64,000 nucleotides of DNA. Origin: Eledone cirrhosa (taxonomy: Eukaryota). The stretch lies in the NCBI GenBank assembly GCA_964016885.1, contig OZ024741.1, forward strand, positions 141,298,001 to 141,362,000. Reading direction: 5' to 3'. The position numbers and the translations under genes are program-made. Positions 16,705 to 30,587 of the stretch are shown here, in pieces (position 1 is the first letter of the stretch; every line of letters begins with the position of its first letter). Below the pieces are notes generated by a model, which was given only the letters and a program-made list of their open reading frames with translations, did not search any database and had not been told where the DNA came from.

Positions 16705-19014
16705 CTTCTACGGGGCTGACTGGAAGAAGATTAAGAGTGAAATCCGGAAGCAAACATGGAGTGCAAACATCGCCACACAAGACACTAACACACAATTTCA
16801 ACACTTCATGACAACGATACACACCATATGCAAAAAGTGTGTCCCGGAGAAAGAGGCAAACAGACACAAAAATCTTATTCCCAGAGATAGGAAAATCCTT
16901 ATGAGACGTAGAACTAAACTCTCAAACCAGTTGAATAGTCAACAAAACCAAAACCATAGGAAATCCTATTTGAAACGTGCACTACTTGACACCGAGATTG
17001 CACTCAAGCTTTCACATGAGAATGAGAGGGCAAGGAAAGAGAACAGGGCCATAGAAAACATTAAAACAAACCCTAAGGCCTTCTTTAAATTTGCAAAAGA
17101 AACTGCCTCAGTACACTGCAAGATTGGACCACTCTTCCACACGGACGGTTCATTAACCGAAAATCCCCAAGAGATATGTGAAATACTGAACGAACAGTAC
17201 AAAAGTGTCTTCACATGTCCACTGAGGCACATGCAAATAACGAAGCCAGAGGAGTTCTTTGATGCCACAACACTACATCAAGAAATGGCAACCATCAACC
17301 ACATAGACATAACGGAGGAGGATGTGGTGTACGCCATTGATGAAATTAGAACAGACTCGGCTGCTGGACCTGATGGATTCCCAGCAGTTCTCCTAAAAAT
17401 ATGTAAGCGGGCCTTAGCAACTCCACTGAAGATGCTCTTCAGAAGCTCCTTGGCTAGCGGTGTACTACCCAGGGAGCTGAAAGAAGGCACAATATGCCCT
17501 ATCCATAAAGGAGGTAGTAGAGCGGAGGCCAAGAACTATAGGCCAGTCTCCCTGACGTCGCATATCAGTATGGTCATGGAGCGAGTCGTCAGAAAGAAAC
17601 TAATCACTTTCCTCGAAGAAAATGACCGCCTGACTAGCACGCAACATGGCTTCCGCCCAGGAAGAAGCTGCCTTACACAGCTGCTACATCACTACGACTG
17701 GGTACTGAGACAACTACTAGACAGCTCACATGTAGACGTGATATATCTTGACTTTGCGAAGGCCTTTGACAAGGTCGACCACGGAATGATATGTCACAAA
17801 CTACACGGACTCGGCATAACTGGAAAAGTAGGTGAGTGGCTGCATGGCTTCCTAAGGGACAGAAGCCAGGCAGTCGCAGCAAATGGGGCCCTCTCGAGGG
17901 AAACACCGATAACAAGTGGGGTGCCTCAGGGGACAGTCCTGGGACCACTACTGTTTTTGGTGGCTCTCTCGGACATGCCCTCTGTGGTGCATGCAACAAC
18001 ATCCCTCACTAGCTATGCTGATGACACTAAGGTAGCACAGGCAATCAAAAACCCGGCTGACGCTGCCCTCTTACAGCAGGATCTGGATGCCATATACAGA
18101 TGGGCGGAAGAAAACAACATGCAGTTTAATGCTGGCAAATTCCAAGCCCTACAATACAAACCTGCAAACACAAACACAAATATAGCGGAACACAGCTACA
18201 CAGGACCAGGAGGGACCGATATCCCCGTGTCAAAATCGATACGAGACCTGGGCATAGACATGAGCGATGATGCATCTTTTTCTTCACACATCATGAAGGT
18301 GGCGACAGCATGTAGACGATTCGCTGGCTGGATCTTGAGGACTTTCCTTACAAGAGATCGAGACACCATGTTGACACTGTGGAGGACTTTTGTCCTAAGC
18401 CGCCTGGACTACTGCTCCCAGCTGTGGTCACCCCATAGTGTCAAACTAACCACGGAGCTTGAGGCAATCCAGCTAAGCTACACCAAGAGGATTGCCAAGA
18501 TGAGGGAGACAAGCTACTGGGAGAGGCTGAAGGAACTGAACCTCTACTCCTTGGAGCGAAGACGGGAGAGATACGCAGTGATCTGCATGTGGAAAATCCT
18601 GGAGGAACTAGCACCAAACTTTGGCATTGGGAGCTGGACCAACCGTCGAACAGGACGTCACTGTGTGGTGCCAAATGTCCCGTCTTCCACATCTAGAATA
18701 AGGAGCAGGTATTGCAATAGCCTGGGATTCAAGGGCCCTCAACTCTTCAACAGGCTGCCGAGGCATCTGCGAGACTTGCATGACGTGGAGGTGGATGTCT
18801 TTAAGAAACATCTCGACACCTTGTTATCCAGGATCCCGGATGAGCCCACAGCAAGACACGAGGGAAACCTAAGGGCAGCAGCAACAAACTCCCTCCTACA
18901 CCAGTGGCCAACCTATACAGGCTGGAGATAAAATGTGTAGCAACAAGGGCGGTGCCCCAGCATGGCCTCAGCCGGATGGCTGAAACAGGTAAAAAAGTAA
19001 AAGAGTAAAAGAGT
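16704..19014 (+). mobile_element. 5'-truncated LINE (CR1/L2/Jockey group) inserted in (TA)n
   Basis: Open RT ORF, short 3' UTR and a (GTAAAAGA)n-type tail at about 18989-19014. Confidence 0.93.
16808..18931 (+). CDS. LINE reverse transcriptase (endonuclease lost by 5' truncation)
   Basis: 707 aa uninterrupted: [58 protein letters not shown]. Confidence 0.93.
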   Translation: MTTIHTICKKCVPEKEANRHKNLIPRDRKILMRRRTKLSNQLNSQQNQNHRKSYLKRALLDTEIALKLSHENERARKENRAIENIKTNPKAFFKFAKETASVHCKIGPLFHTDGSLTENPQEICEILNEQYKSVFTCPLRHMQITKPEEFFDATTLHQEMATINHIDITEEDVVYAIDEIRTDSAAGPDGFPAVLLKICKRALATPLKMLFRSSLASGVLPRELKEGTICPIHKGGSRAEAKNYRPVSLTSHISMVMERVVRKKLITFLEENDRLTSTQHGFRPGRSCLTQLLHHYDWVLRQLLDSSHVDVIYLDFAKAFDKVDHGMICHKLHGLGITGKVGEWLHGFLRDRSQAVAANGALSRETPITSGVPQGTVLGPLLFLVALSDMPSVVHATTSLTSYADDTKVAQAIKNPADAALLQQDLDAIYRWAEENNMQFNAGKFQALQYKPANTNTNIAEHSYTGPGGTDIPVSKSIRDLGIDMSDDASFSSHIMKVATACRRFAGWILRTFLTRDRDTMLTLWRTFVLSRLDYCSQLWSPHSVKLTTELEAIQLSYTKRIAKMRETSYWERLKELNLYSLERRRERYAVICMWKILEELAPNFGIGSWTNRRTGRHCVVPNVPSSTSRIRSRYCNSLGFKGPQLFNRLPRHLRDLHDVEVDVFKKHLDTLLSRIPDEPTARHEGNLRAAATNSLLHQWPTYTGWR

Positions 19015-19046
19015 ATATATACAATGTATATATATATATATGCATG

Positions 19047-19077
<31 letters not shown>

Positions 19078-19135
19078 ATATATATATATATATATACAAT
19101 CTATATATATATATGCATGTATATATATATATACA

Positions 19136-19200
<65 letters not shown>

Positions 19201-19618
19201 ATGTATATATATATATACTATGTATATAACCAAATAACCAAAAACTATTAACATCTTCAAACAACCAAACTCACATCCATAAGAGAGAAAATATATATAT
19301 ATATACGCGATTCTTTAATTTCTTCAAATAACCGAAGTCTCACTCACATATCAAACAACAGATATCTTAAAACGCACACAAGGATAATAATAAACGGACG
19401 AAAAGGAAATTTACCTCTTAATAAACACATGGTTTTCTGTCACAAACATCAAACATTAATGCGTCATATCTGAATGCAATTCCTGAAAAAACAGCCCAAA
19501 CATTTACGACGAGATCTGCTAAGCAGATACACAACAAACTAAAACACATCGAAGTCTCTTTCAAACTAATTCAAAAACATTTTGAAAAACTTCGACATAT
19601 TTACTCTAATGGACAAAC

Positions 19619-19693
<75 letters not shown>
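19619..19693. repeat. (CAA)n microsatellite
   Basis: Directly visible. Confidence 0.97.
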
Positions 19694-19694
<1 letters not shown>

Positions 19695-20544
19695 CCACCA
19701 GAACAACAACAGCCAGAAAGCCAGGAGCAACCACTACTAAATTCAAGCATAATCGCCGAACTACTGAATGACAGTATCACTCAACCATCATTATCGCCAT
19801 CACCATCACCACCGTCACCATCTCCTGCCACATCTACATCTTCTGCCACACCAACTGCTGTTAATGGACCACTGCTCTCTCTCCCACCATAGTTGTCATC
19901 ATCATCATCACCACCAATGATTTCTTCCCCCACATCACCACCACATGACCATAGTCAAAAGAACTATAAAAAATACCATAGTCAAAAGAACTATAAAAAA
20001 AAGTACTGTGGAGCAGTATGCACCTCTGACTACACATACTAGAAACCCCCAAATATGCCGTTACTCACTTATGTCAGAAGCTATTCCCACGTAGCGACTG
20101 TATATTTACCCATTTACCGGGAACTAGGCGCACTAACACTGCCAGCCATCACCAAAGCACGCTCCCTGCACGTATAGGTCGCAGTCCAAAAATCTGCCAA
20201 CATTCACAACGTGAGAGGCTATGTCTGCTGACTGACTGTCCCTTCACTCATCTGCCTGGGACACAACGCACGAACAGAAAAGGGGCTTCATGCCAACCCA
20301 AAAACCACAATAAAGCCACCCCCTGCTACGGAAATGCTGCTCCAGTCGCCTCACAAAGACATGATTACAACAACAAAAGCAACAAAAGTAATGCTGCTCC
20401 AGTCCTGTCACAAAGACACGATCACAACCACAAATACAACAACAACAAAAATAACACTGCTCCATTCTTTTCACAAAGACAAAATTACAACAAATACAAC
20501 AACAACAAATGAGGGAACTGCAACCCTATCCAATGTTGTAACCG

Positions 20545-21454
20545 CACATCCGGATCAAGGAACACACTAAAACCAGGGCCTCGTCTTTCCGGAAACACAT
20601 AGACAAATGCGGAAACAAAGACGGAAGGCCGATTGTCACAATTCTAGCGACTGAAAGAAACGTCGGCACGTTACGTATCAAGGAAGCACTTTTTATCAAA
20701 CGCCTAGAACCGCAAATAAACAATCGATCCGAGAGAAGCGAAATGAGGTGGTTGGTTTAAGTTAAGAAACGATGCAGCAACACACGCACACACACACAAG
20801 CGAGACAACTACACACGCACACGCACACACACACACAGTAGCATTCCACCATACGAACATACTACACTGCCAATACAGAGAAACAAGGCAACAACACACG
20901 CACACATACACACACTCAAGCGAGACAACAACACACGCACACACACACACATTTAACAAAGAGGCAGAGAATGGACTGACAGCTAGCGCCACCCCACTCC
21001 CACAATTGAAAGAACTACTTCGGCCGCTGACCTCTGCCCGACCGACCCCATTCCACGCGCACGCGCGCTCTGCTGAATACCTCAGATATTCCAAACAACA
21101 AACAGCGGAGGACGCGTTTCGCACCTTTCCGACAGACAACCTTTCCCCCACCCCGGAAAAAAAACCCAGTTGATGGATGTGAATCCGAAATATATAGGGA
21201 CAATTAAATCTCTCCCAAGGTAACTCTCTCTCGTGTTGTTATTTTTATTTTATCCTTTATACTCTTTCCTTCATTCCTCTACACGTCTTATACACGCCAC
21301 GCATCTCAACGTACACACACTTACATCTCTCTCTCCACCACCGGATCTTGTTACCCGGAGATTTACCCATTTGCATTGTCGAGGCTTCCAAACGACTTAA
21401 AGATATTTACCTATTATACCTATTATTCCACAATGCTTCAAGTAAACTTCAATA

Positions 21455-21460
<6 letters not shown>
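20545..21460 (+). mobile_element. PLE 3' fragment: GIY-YIG C-terminus, CA-rich 3' region, degenerate hammerhead at 21165-21199
   Basis: 20581-20760 translates SSFRKHIDKC...ILATERNVGTLRIKEALFIKRLEPQIN. Motif cc-CAGTTGA-t-ggat-gtga-atcc-GAAATATATA-ggg. Confidence 0.7.
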
Positions 21461-21546
<86 letters not shown>

Positions 21547-21579
21547 ATATATATATATATACAATATATATATATATAT

Positions 21580-21644
<65 letters not shown>

Positions 21645-21732
21645 TATATATATATATATATATACAATGTATATATATATATGTGTATATATATATATAT
21701 ATACAATGTATATATATATATATATATATATA

Positions 21733-21793
<61 letters not shown>

Positions 21794-21798
<5 letters not shown>

Positions 21799-22112
21799 TA
21801 AAATAACAGATTAAAGTTTAAGCAAAGAATCGCTGCTTTCACCCTTAACGGGATCTTCTGAAAGTAACAAAGTCAATCTGTAAACGCAGAACTGGATATT
21901 TCAAAAAACGTTGCAACCGGAGGAAGACAGGAAGACGATACTTTGGTTCGTGGTGTATCAGGAGTTTTAGGTATGTTTTCCTGCTTGGTACGGGTATGTT
22001 CTTTGTAGAAATATTCAGATGTTGTTTCTGCATGATGAATATAAGTCAGTAGAGTGCTCAACCGAAGGAGCGCCCTCTTTGGATTTTAGTCTTCAATTTT
22101 ATTATTATTACT
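21794..22112 (-). mobile_element. Mini PLE derivative: probable ORF start fused to terminal repeat, with inverted tail piece
   Basis: MQKQHLNISTKNIPVPSRKTYLKLLI resembles PLE N-termini. 21794-21872 matches 25657-25736, and 22070-22112 matches 25850-25893. Confidence 0.55.
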
Positions 22113-22254
22113 ATATATATATATATATATACAGTGTATATATATATATATATATATATACAATGTATATATATATATATATATACAATGTATATGTATA
22201 TATATACAATGTATATATATATATATATATATATACAATGTATATATATATACA

Positions 22255-22291
<37 letters not shown>

Positions 22292-22649
22292 ATGTATATA
22301 TATATATATATACAATTTATATATATATATACAATGTATATATCATACACCTACGGAAGTAGGTGTATAATATTCTTAAGGTCCCATTTCGGTCACTCGC
22401 GACACCTTCAAAGCTTTGTCACGAATTCAATTTTTGATAGAATTGGATGCGGTCTTTTGCACTTTATAGGACCACAGATCAGCTACTTTTTGACATTCAA
22501 CTATTGAAATTTGGTTCAGTAGAAAAAAAGTTACATGAAAATAAGTGAGGACCAAAAGAGTGTAAGGAACTACATACATAAGTAACGCTTAGTTTGTTTC
22601 TAATTTCTAATACATTAAAATAGTGATAGATTGTGCAATAGTGAATTGT

Positions 22650-22723
22650 GGTCAGGTAGCTCAGTCGTATAGAGCAGCTGACCGGCAATCTGAAGGTCGT
22701 GGATTCGATTCCCACCCTGATTA
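22650..22723 (+). pseudogene. tRNA-like sequence (pseudo-tRNA or SINE head), nominal anticodon GGC
   Basis: Acceptor stem GGTCAGG/CCTGATT, D arm GCTC/GAGC, T arm GTGGA-TTCGATT-CCCAC, then TTTT. The anticodon stem has 2 mismatches and C at position 33. Confidence 0.75.
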
Positions 22724-22848
22724 CTTTTCCTATCTACACTTCTTCCTATTCAGTATTATTTATTATTATTATTTAACTTATTTGTTGATAAATATTTTTA
22801 TTAATATTAATATAATATCCTTGCATTGCCTGGAAAAAAAGTGGATTA

Positions 22849-24211
22849 CAGGGAAAAATGCGGGCGCATGTAAAGAAATATTCTTAAATTAATAAACCTA
22901 GAAAAGTAAAGGACAAGTTATTACAACTGGAAAAGTAAAGGACAAGAAAACTTCTTCTTAAAACTTCTTAAAATATTGCAGCTAAAGTCTAAATTTGAAA
23001 AAAAATATTTACATTATAAAACTAAAAATAAATAATTATAAGTTAATTGTTAAAAAAATATCACTTTAAAGGACTGGAAAAAAGACTGTCTTATAGGGAG
23101 AGTTGACTAGTGTATACTTTATTTTTTTCTTGGTGTATACAAATTAATCTTTTTAAAATAAAATTTGTACAATAATTTGTACAATAATTAATTAATAATA
23201 ATAATAATAATTAATATGTACAATTTATTAATTTATGTTATAAGATATTTAAAAATGTTCACTCTTAATCAAATTATATTTTTTAAAATTTAGTTATAAA
23301 ATAATGCAGTAAGATAAATCAAAAACAGTGCATCATATAATTGCACTTTTTATGAGTATTACAGATTTTTTTTATAATATAGTAAAATTCAACATCTCAA
23401 GAGGCAAAATTAGGTAAAAGTCAATTCATCAATTATTCATTTATAGTGAATCAATCAATTATAGTGAATTCATCAATTCATTAGATGAACTGTTGAATTA
23501 GACAATGTTTAATTTCTAATTGTAGTCTAATTTTACTCTACCTAAAAATGTAGATTGGTTATTTTGATCTCTGACAGGTCTTCGGCAGAGGGTCGGACGC
23601 CATGCTTTGCAGCATAGTTAGGTCCCTTTACGGTCTGAGTTCAAATCCCGTCGATGTTAACTTTGCCTTTCATCCTTACGGGGTCGATAAAATAAAGTAC
23701 CTGTAATGCACTGGGATAATTGCTGGCCTCGTGCTAAAAGTATAAACAATTATTAAACAATTATAATTTGTTATTATTTATCATTACAGTTGGCTCCCTA
23801 ATTAATTATTAATTAATTTTTAGTGTCATTTACACGCCAAAATTTTGTTTTATTTGATGTTTATAATTGTCACTCATTTTTTCAGTCCCATTTAGTAAAG
23901 TAAAATAAAGTATATTTATTTAATGACCCAACCACTATGGTGTAAATTAGGATCACAAAATTAAATAAATGATCATAAATTAGTATTATTATCAATTAGA
24001 GAGTCAACTGTATTATTAGAATTTATCACGTTCTATGTATATTTAAATCAAATATTTTTTTTTAAATTTAGGCTTTAGCTGCAATATTTTAAGAAGTTTT
24101 AAGAAGAAGTTTTCTTGTCCTTTACTTTTCCAGGTGTAATAACTTGTCCTTTACTTTTCTAGGTTTATTAATTTAAGAATATTTCTTTACATGCGCCCGC
24201 ATTTTTCCCTG
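22849..24211. mobile_element. Non-autonomous DNA transposon (Tc1/mariner-type MITE), about 150-bp TIRs
   Basis: TA-CAGGGAAAAATGCGGG...CCCGCATTTTTCCCTG-TA. TIRs 22849-22997 / 24064-24211 are nearly perfect. AT-rich interior carries a SINE at about 23575-23755. Confidence 0.85.
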
Positions 24212-24829
24212 TAATATATATATATACAATGTATATATATATATACAATGTATATATATATATACAATGTATATATATATATATATATATATACAATGTA
24301 TATATATATATACACAATGTATATATATATATATATATAATTTATATATATATATATATATACAATGTATATATATATATATATACAATTTATATATATA
24401 TATATACAATGTATATATATATATATTATACAATTTATATATATATATATATAGACAATGTATATGTATGTAAATGTGTGTGTGCTCATCTTGTATTTTG
24501 ACGTGTAGATCTGTTTCGACTCCAATTGTCATATGTGTTACTTAGAATGTTCTTTATTTATCCCATGTGGTTTCATAGAAATGTTAAATTTAAATATGAA
24601 TATCTGGATGGATGCCTATATTTTGTTGATATATTATCAGAATTATATTTAACACTTTATTTTCCCTACATATTATATTTTCAATATATTATGATAGAAA
24701 ATTACAATTTTCTCTTCATAATACGAAACGTTTGTTTCAAAATCAACCTATCCACTTGTATGAATATTATCGATAATCCTGCTGTTAGCACTAGCTGATT
24801 AGAAGCTACTTGTAAATTATAGTATTCTC

Positions 24830-25520
24830 AATGCATGTAGAGTGAAGCTGCTTTGTTTAATGGTTAGTTCTCCACTCACGATCGTAACGTCATGTGTTTG
24901 ACTCCAGAGAGTGTGTTTTTGTCTATGACAAACGATTAATCGACTCAGATAGCAAAATGTAAATTGGACTGTCACTTCAAAGTAATCAGCGTTGTCATGC
25001 ACTCTGCATATCTTCCTCGACTCCACTCCATGAGTAAAGCTTTAGTTTCTTCAGCCTACCCTGTCGGTTATCTCATTTATTGAGACAATCCTCTTGTTGT
25101 AGCTTTGTTGGATTGCTTTAAGTCCTGCAGTTAGTTTGGCAATGTGGAGCGACCACCTCTGAATGCAACAATCCAGTCGCCTGAGAACAAAAGTCCTCCA
25201 GAATATCAACATGGTTTCAGGGTCTCTTGTTCTGAATGACCCTCAAAATCCAACCCACCCGACGTCTGCACATTGCCGTTATTTTGGTGTTGTGTGAATG
25301 AAACGATTCATCATTGCTCATGTCAATGTCCAACTATTCATTTGACTCGGGAATTTCGATTCCTTCTTGTCCAGTGTACTTTTCTTGTGGTATTTCTATA
25401 TTTGTGCGTTGATATCGGAGGGCTTGAAACTTACCTGCATTACATTGCATATTGTTGTATATGGCATCTAAATATCTTTGTAAGAGAGTATCATCAGCCG
25501 GTTTCTTGATTGCCTGTGCT
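24830..25520 (-). pseudogene. Old LINE RT C-terminal remnant related to 16808-18931
   Basis: Reverse complement of 25146-25258 gives GWILR/FRTRDPETMLIFWRTFVLRRLDCC, matching [30 protein letters not shown]. Confidence 0.75.
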
Positions 25521-25597
25521 ACTTTCGGCTTATCCTGACAAAGTTACAACGTAACAACCACGTATAAACAACTGATCTTCTGCAACTGTATAAAAAA

Positions 25598-26007
<410 letters not shown>

Positions 26008-26046
26008 AATATTAATAAATGGAAAATATCTTTATAATACCATATT

Positions 26047-26098
26047 TATTTTATTATACATATTTCAAGGACACTAAATTTAAGTGTGCTTTCATTAG
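26047..26098 (-). ncRNA. Hammerhead family A copy 3, G5A core mutation (probably inactive)
   Basis: CTAATGA-AAGCACACT-taaattt-AGTGTCCTT-GAAATATGTATA; flank homologous to 6815-6870. Confidence 0.65.
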
Positions 26099-26154
26099 TA
26101 TAAGCCTGCCGATAGCGGGCTTATACTAGTAAGTTTGCATCATTGAATTTGCTA

Positions 26155-26226
26155 AATTTTACAAATTCAAATTACAGCATCATTAATAATATTATTAATG
26201 ATGCTGTAATTTGAATTTGTAAAATT
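26155..26226. repeat. Perfect 72-bp palindrome
   Basis: aattttacaaattcaaattacagcatcattaataat|attattaatgatgctgtaatttgaatttgtaaaatt. Confidence 0.9.
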
Positions 26227-26402
26227 ACCGATCATATAGCAGTTATCTCCGATGATCTGATTAAGCTAACATCGTATTCGAAATTGAGTGGCACTGCTTC
26301 AAGTATTCAGCAATATTTAGACAACTTAATCAGTGAAACAATTGTCAGACTGTAAATAAATCCCTTTTTTGTACTGTTGACCATGTTATTCTTCACTTTT
26401 TC

Positions 26403-26440
<38 letters not shown>

Positions 26441-27099
26441 AATAATATATACGCAAATGACAATAATGTTAATTTACGATTGCTAATAATATTAGTTGAA
26501 AACATTTGGTAAAGTGTCCCCACGAAATCTCGAATCAAGCATCACTCAAATACCTGGTGATGGCATTAGCTACTACGCTATATTTCCGCCAAATGAATTC
26601 ATTTCAGAAAATGCTTTTTGATGGAATAGCAGCAACCCTCATCTAGAAATGTTTTTCAACGCCATGTTATTTGAAAGTAACACAGAGTTCTATTGGAAAC
26701 ATTTATTTTCTGTATAAAGCAAATATTTAATCACAATATATTCAAAATTGATTAAGTTATTACTAATAGTTTAAAAAACTATACAACAAAAACATTTTGT
26801 GTAAATTGCTTGGTGGAATTGGATTGCAGAGATATATCAGCCTTTGTCACAGAAACATTAATGAAGTATGCACAAACCATTAGCTTTGATTAAAACTGAC
26901 ATCGACAAATTAATTAAATTATTAGTGAGAAATAGTTGTGTCTAAGTTTTAAATGGTATTATTAAAACGCCAGAGAATACATTTTTAGACAGACATTAAT
27001 GTAATACGGTGAGTGTAATAATTGTAACATTGAAGATGTTTTGAATAAACATGTTTTTTCCGTATTTGTTATATCTTAGTCAGGTAATAAAATATGATA

Positions 27100-27780
27100 A
27101 ACGTGCTGTGTTGGAACACCTTCGGTTTTGACAGTGAGTATCCACATATGTGAACTCTTTAACATGATTCTCTGGGAGAATGAGCACAAAAGAGTGTGTG
27201 ATCGGACTGACACACTAAATTACAGGTACAAATGAATTTTTGCCAGCTGAGCAGATTGGAGCAATGGGAAATAGTCTTGTCCAATGACACAACCCGCTAC
27301 CACAAATCAAACCCACGCCCTGACAATCGTCAAACACCCCTGAATTCTAATCCACACACCTAACAACACTGCACTACGACGAACATTTCTTCGACCTTGT
27401 AGTTGCCATCCCTAAAACAAGTCGAAAAGAATTACTAATAAAATGTGTCTGATATAGAAGTTTGCTTCATAATCATAATGTCCAAGATTCGATTGCATTG
27501 TGTGGCATCTTGGAGAAATGCCATTAAATGTTATCATAGGTCGAGCCAAGCCTTGGGAGTGAAAGTGAATAGATGGAAACAGCTTGAATGGATTATATTT
27601 AATTCAAAGTGTAATAAACATGCTACACAATGTATCACACTGGATTTCCCTGTGTACTACGTTCAAAATACATGTTTCTATGGAATGCTCAGCCACATGA
27701 ACGGGAACTTATGAGCAATATGTTCCATTGATCGTACAGTTGGAGCAATCATGGACGAGGTCGGTGGAATCATTCCACCT
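27100..27780 (+). repeat. Old interspersed SINE-like repeat fragments
   Basis: ggaatgctcagccac...gttcc(g/a)ttgatcg recurs at 27682, 48179 and 50550. 27130-27310 resembles 46540-46760 and the reverse complement of 39870-39990. Confidence 0.55.
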
Positions 27781-27937
27781 TTCCTACAAAGTCTTTTCGA
27801 AAAGTGATGAACGTTAATTTTACTTTTTCTTTACTCCAAATACAACGTTTGTAAATAGCCCGACACACACACACACACACACACACACACGTACATACAT
27901 ACATACATACATATATATATATATATACATATATAAA

Positions 27938-28011
27938 AGATCGGAGGCCATATTCAGTTAATTCCGGTTTATTTAAATAACCCGGAACTAACTGAATATG
28001 GCCTCCGATCT
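27938..28011. repeat. 74-bp near-perfect palindrome next to (TA)n
   Basis: agatcggaggccatattcagtta...taactgaatatggcctccgatct. Confidence 0.9.
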
Positions 28012-28168
28012 GTTATTAATATGTAATGCTTCCTCTTGTACCATTTGTACAGGTCGTTGACCGCTTCTTTTTATCTGCTTCACAACCTACAGACCATAAT
28101 ATGATCAGCACATCCCTCTTCTGCTAACCCCATACTCTAATATATATATACATACAATAGATATTTAC

Positions 28169-28222
<54 letters not shown>

Positions 28223-28249
28223 CTCTATATATATACAGTATTTGTGTGT

Positions 28250-28522
28250 AATCTGAGTTTTTCGAATATTAATAATAATATTCGATTTGTTTGCAATTAT
28301 GCAAACAGCCTCTTTTATAAGCCATGTCAGTAGAATGAGCCCCTCATTCTCGCTCTTTTGTTGGCATGCAAACAGAACTGCAGACACTGATGTTTCTGAG
28401 TGATTACACTTCATCAGTACAGTTTACTCCTTTCTAGCCAACTGACATGCCTTATAAAAAAGGCTGTTTCCATAATTGCAAAGGGATCGAATATTATTAT
28501 TAATATTCAAAAGGCTCAGATT
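28250..28522. mobile_element. Mini fold-back element enclosing a hammerhead (28376-28424, minus strand)
   Basis: Imperfect arms 28250-28331 / 28441-28522. Motif aactgta-CTGATGA-agtg-taat-cact-ca-GAA-ACA-tcag-TGT-C-tgcagtt. Confidence 0.72.
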
Positions 28523-28719
28523 GCATTAATTGTATTCAGCCTTGTAGAGCAATAATTAGTTGTTAGTTGATAATATGTTGATGTTTATACATATATATAT
28601 ATGTTTATGTATATATATATACACAGATATACATATATATATATATGTTTATGTATATATATATACACAGATATACATATATATATATATATATGTTTAT
28701 GTATATATATATATACATA

Positions 28720-28786
<67 letters not shown>

Positions 28787-28853
28787 GTTTATGTGAATAT
28801 ATATATACATATGTTTATATATATATATATATATATATAAATATATATATGTT

Positions 28854-28886
<33 letters not shown>

Positions 28887-28952
28887 TTATAAACATATGT
28901 ATATATATATATATATACACCCACACATTTATATAAACATATATTTATGTAT

Positions 28953-29043
<91 letters not shown>

Positions 29044-29077
29044 TACATACGTTTATGTATATATATATATATATATA

Positions 29078-29780
29078 ATTAAGTTAAAAATGTACATCCA
29101 CATATGTATACTGAAATACTAGTATGCATATGAATACACACACGTGTACATATGTAGATGTACCGAGTTTTTCACTGGACACTTTACTGTGAGTGTTCAG
29201 CTATTCTGTATGTAAACACACAGACAAACCGGTTTTTAGAGTCATACTGGTTTTCGAGGAAACACCTTTCCTCTATTCTCCCGAAAGCCAGACAGGAATA
29301 TTGGCCTAGTTTCGATGTTGTTACATCTCATCAGCAATATTTACCTATCCTCCGTCCTTTCTAGAGAATCGTAAAAGCACATATCGTTATATGCTTTTTC
29401 TATGAAAATTAGTAGTGGGCAGACTAATTTGCATAGAGCGTGAGTACGTACCGGTTCAGCGGAGACGATAAAAACAAATAACGAAACGAAATTAAATTTC
29501 GTTTCGTTTGTAACTCACTTTTGTATGACTGACGCTTAAACAATTAAGTTAAAAATGTACATCCACATATGTATACTGAAATACTAGTATGCATATGAAT
29601 ACACACACGTGTACATATGTAGATGTACCGAGTTTTTCACTGGACACTTTATGTGAGTGTTCAGCTATTCTGTATGTAAACACACAGACAAACCGGTTTT
29701 TAGAGTCATACTGGTTTAAGCGTCAGTCATACAAAAGTGAGTTACAAACGAAACGAAATTTAATTTCGTTTCGTTATTTG
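29078..29780 (-). mobile_element. Partial tandem plus inverted PLE-type termini, with hammerhead at 29297-29341
   Basis: 29078-29252 is repeated at 29541-29716, and 29475-29541 is inverted at 29714-29780. Motif aatattg-CTGATGA-gatgt-aaca-acatc-GAAACTAGGC-caatatt has GGC instead of GUC at the cleavage site. Confidence 0.72.
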
Positions 29781-29807
29781 TTATATATATATTTGTATAT
29801 ATATGTT

Positions 29808-29896
<89 letters not shown>

Positions 29897-29952
29897 GGGG
29901 TTGCCGGTTTAGTCGCCGACGACTCGACCATATATATATATATATATATATA

Positions 29953-30555
29953 AGGATTAAAATACTGGAGCGTGTTGGAGTTAAACACCCTCTTCGTATT
30001 ATAGAAATGACAGTAAAAGGTATAGCTCAATGTAATTAAACAGAGCCGAAGAATTATAAAGTAAAACAAAGAAGCCTTCAATACATTAAAAGTCTTTATT
30101 AGCCAACAATGTTTCGTCCTATTAAGGACTCATCAGGGCAATTAAAACAAGAAGAAATATTATCGGCCAATACAAGCCGAAAACTCCGAAGAATATGGAG
30201 TGTACATACACTAAAGTATTGCAAGATTATGGGTAAAAATATATAATAAAAATCTCTAAGGAGGTGTATAACATTTAGAACCATATTACAAATATAGTCC
30301 AAAGCAAAAAAAACCTAGAGCCAAACAAAGGTGGTTATATAGAGCGGGAATTATATATAATACTATATAATATAATATAATATACTTGTAACAATATTAA
30401 AATTACAATAAAAATTAAAAGGTACAATATACATATGTATATATGTACGCACACGTACGCACACATACACATACATCAATACACATATCCATCTTCAACA
30501 GCACAAATTAAACCTTATTAAGAGTTTAAATATAAATAAGCATGATAGGAATAAC

Positions 30556-30587
<32 letters not shown>

